Assembly (NCBI RefSeq): GCF_009914755.1
Contig: NC_060945.1
Length of the DNA: 64,000 nucleotides
Strand: one strand, 5' to 3'
DNA from: the human T2T-CHM13v2.0 reference genome, Homo sapiens
The notes beneath the pieces are model-generated. The model was given only the letters and a program-made list of their open reading frames with translations. It was not told the origin of the DNA and searched no databases. The stretch's first letter is position 1. The number at the start of each line of letters is the position of its first letter. Below, piece after piece: positions 61,112-64,000 of this stretch. A program made the position numbers and the translations under genes.

Positions 61112-61428
61112 GCTGGGCATGGTGGCTCACACCTGCAATCCCAGCACTTCGGGAAGCCAAGGTGAAAAGATTGCTTGCATTCAGGAGTTCGACATCAACC
61201 TGGGCAACATGGCAAAATCCATCTCTACAAAAAATACAAAAATTAGCCTAGCAGATGGTGCGTGCCTGTGTACTAGCCACTCGGGAGAGAGGCTGAGTTG
61301 GGAGGATGGCTTGAGCCCAGGAGGCTTGAGCCTGGGAGGCAGAGGTTGCAGTGAGCCCAGATCTTGCCACTGCACCCCAGTCTGGGCAACAGAATGAAAC
61401 CCTGTCTCAATCAACAACAACAACAAAA
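61112..61428 (+). mobile_element. AluJb with a 15-bp internal duplication and (CAA)n tail
   Basis: GATTGCTTG, CCTGGGCAACATGGC, GGAGGATGGCTTGAGCCC; TSD core CATTTTAT. Confidence 0.9.
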
Positions 61429-61479
61429 ACTCATTTTATTTAATAACTTTGTTACAGAATTAAAATACTCAGTGGATAT

Positions 61480-61990
61480 TTGGGGATGCCTTTCTAATTG
61501 TCTGTTCCCTTTTCCCTTCTCCCAGATCTCCAGATTCTTTTTGAGGTTCATGTGAGTCTGGAATATTGATAACCATCCATCACACACCAGCTTTGAGTAT
61601 GTAGTTAACTAAGCCAAATCACCATACTTCCTCCTTCTGGCTATATGAACTGTATCCTGACTCAACAAACATTTTAAATTAATCCAAACATAGTGCCTCT
61701 CAGGGTTTTTGTTAGCAATGCTATAAATGACAGTCTTTCTTGCATGGTATAAAGGTGAACGCATATAACCTGAGATCTGCTTGTTATGATTTTTCCATCA
61801 AAAGGAAAGCCACTCTGAAGGTGAAGCCAATTGTAGAGAGTAGCAATCAGAAATTAGGTCTAGTGCAATAGTACTGAATCACGGGACAGAGACTTACTTG
61901 AAGCTAACCTCTATTTGTAACATTATGAGAGCCAAGATACTCTTTATTGGTTTAATTTGCTTGATATTACTTGCAAATTAAAAGATATTT
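61480..61990 (+). mobile_element. Old MLT1 (J/K/L-like) LTR
   Basis: GAAGGTGAAGCCAA, CTTGAAGCT, ATGAGAGCCAA, TTACTTGCAA..AAAAG blocks; highly diverged. Confidence 0.5.
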
Positions 61991-63779
61991 TATGAAACGT
62001 TATACGTGACAGTATAACAAATAATATAGATCTTGAAAATTCAAAGTGTGTTCTATATAAAGTCTAACTATATGTATATATTTATTTAATAAGAAATTAC
62101 ATACATAAAAGTAAACTGTGCATATTTGCTGCATTTAGAAAATATATCTGAAATTCAAGTCTTTCCACATGAAAACTTCTAAAATTATTTGGATTGGCTT
62201 GTGTAATCGAAGTCAAATAGAAAAGCACAGTTAACATAAACTTTCAAAATAAAAACAATGTAGAATCTGTGTAAAATTATCAGGGACCTAAATGTGAGAT
62301 TATATGCTTATTTTTCACTTTGAAGATTTTAAAAGACATCACATTTCATTAACTGTCTGAAAAGGAGTGCACAAAAATTAATTTGGAGTAGATGTTCCTC
62401 CTTGCTATTAGCTAACTGAAGGTTTTGCATCAAGACGCTGAGATGATATCTTTAAACCAGATACTTTTTGATTAACTAATTTCTTAGAGGTTTAATAGAT
62501 AATCCAGTAAAGTAGCTGCTAAGATTCAGTATGCCAAAAGAATCTAATGGGAGATTCTGGTAAAAATTCAAATTTTTGGTTCCATGTCCTTAGAAATTTT
62601 AAAAAAGAATGTCTGTAGTTCTCTCATGAAATTTGTAAAAGCAGCTTAGATATTTTAAATGCAATTTTTCTGGAGGACCATAATCTGAGAGACATGGATC
62701 TAGAAGAGCAAATAGATAACATGCTGATTATTTTAGCAGATCTGTATGCCAGGGTTCATTCCATCAACTTACAATCTAATTTCATTTATTTGCAGATATA
62801 AATATACGTACACGTAAAAAGAAGGATACAGTAAAAAGTCATGGCAAACACTTCAGTCCTTCTCCACAGATACAATCATTATTGATAAATTTCTGTGTAC
62901 ATTTTGGAAACCTGCTATGCATATAAACTCAACACTCACTTTTGTAAGTGATCATGAAACTACATCAGGGTGAAACATTCTTATTCTTAAGATGAAGGCA
63001 GAAATAAACTAGCAGCATGCCTTTGACTCCAGGATACACTCACCAACCTGACATCTGTAACAGTAGCCATTTCCTCTCAATTATAATTAGCAATATTCAT
63101 TGCTTCACTGAACAGAGTTCCCAACTAATCATGACTGACTACATTTAAAATACCAGTTTCTAGAATGGAAACTTAGATTGATATTTGAAATGTCAGCTTC
63201 CATTTGAAGAAATGATAGCTGACAAATACAAGTAATGCATGGAGAGTAGATGATGAAAATTATTTAAATATATACAGTAGAAAAGAGATAATGACTCCTT
63301 TTGCTATATGCACTAGATAGCATTAGGAGGTGAACTAATAGAAAAGTTTTTAATTTTTTTCTTATCTTCTCATGATTAATAGTGGATTCATTCTAAAGAA
63401 GCTAAGGAAGCACTTGTCAGAAAGTTGGTAGAACCAGCTCTTAAAATCGACTTTGAACCTTGCCAGTCATGTCATCGTGACCAAGCCACTTAAATGGGTA
63501 GTTCTATAGCATCCTTACCTACAAAATAAAACTAATCATCACTGACACAATTTCTAGCTAAAAACTTGTTTTGATCCTGAAATAGGCCTGTGTTTGTCTC
63601 TTCGCATATTGTGTTTCTGTGTCTCTCTCACAAACTTTGAGTTGGCACCTAGCCCCTCTTCTCATTTCACCTTTTCTTGATTTCTCTCTCAGAAAAGGTC
63701 TTGGCATTTTACTGGGGCATTGAACTGTGGGTGAATATGTGCTCAGAAAGAGAGGAATTTATAGATCAAAGCTGGATAA

Positions 63780-64000
63780 TTTTTTTTTTTTTTTTTTTGA
63801 GACAGAGTCTGGCACTGTCGCCCAGGCTGGAGTGCAGTGGCGCAATCTCGGCTCACTGAAAGCTCCGCCTCCCAGGTTCACGCCATTCTCCTGCCTCAGC
63901 CTCCCGAGTAGTTGGGACTACAGGTGCCCACCACCACACCAGGCTATTTTTTTGTATTTTTAGTAAAGACGGGGTTTCACCGTGTTACCCAGGGTGGTCT
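63780..64000 (-). mobile_element. AluY, runs off the window edge
   Basis: Poly(T), AAGCTCCGCC, TTCACGCCATTCTCC, CACCGTGTTA. Confidence 0.94.

Overview
AT-rich primate genomic DNA, probably human or another ape (AluY, L1PA3/4 and THE1 are present). It reads as intergenic or deep-intronic. No intact protein-coding gene, tRNA, rRNA or CRISPR array is supported. The recognisable ORFs in the track are decayed L1 ORF1/ORF2, Tigger2 transposase, ERV-L gag/pol or Alu read-through. Roughly half of the window is interspersed repeat: 16 Alus, a full-length dead L1PA7-like element (34.0-40.4 kb), a truncated L1PA3/4 inside a Tigger2, older L1M/L2/MIR pieces, a two-LTR MaLR provirus, several solo MaLR/ERV-L LTRs, two ERV-L internal fragments, MER5A and a half MADE1. 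I found no new gene system. The most unusual signals are: (1) an AluY whose CpGs decayed more by transversion than by transition; (2) two complementary ERV-L pol fragments in opposite orientation, suggesting an ancient inversion; (3) a half MADE1 at a rearrangement junction; (4) a CpG-containing CTCF-like site in unique sequence; (5) a collapsed MST provirus and a possibly chimeric THE1 LTR; (6) an unidentified ~530-bp insert splitting a MIR; (7) weak candidate exons. Subfamily calls are by eye against remembered consensus sequences, and boundaries of old repeats are approximate.
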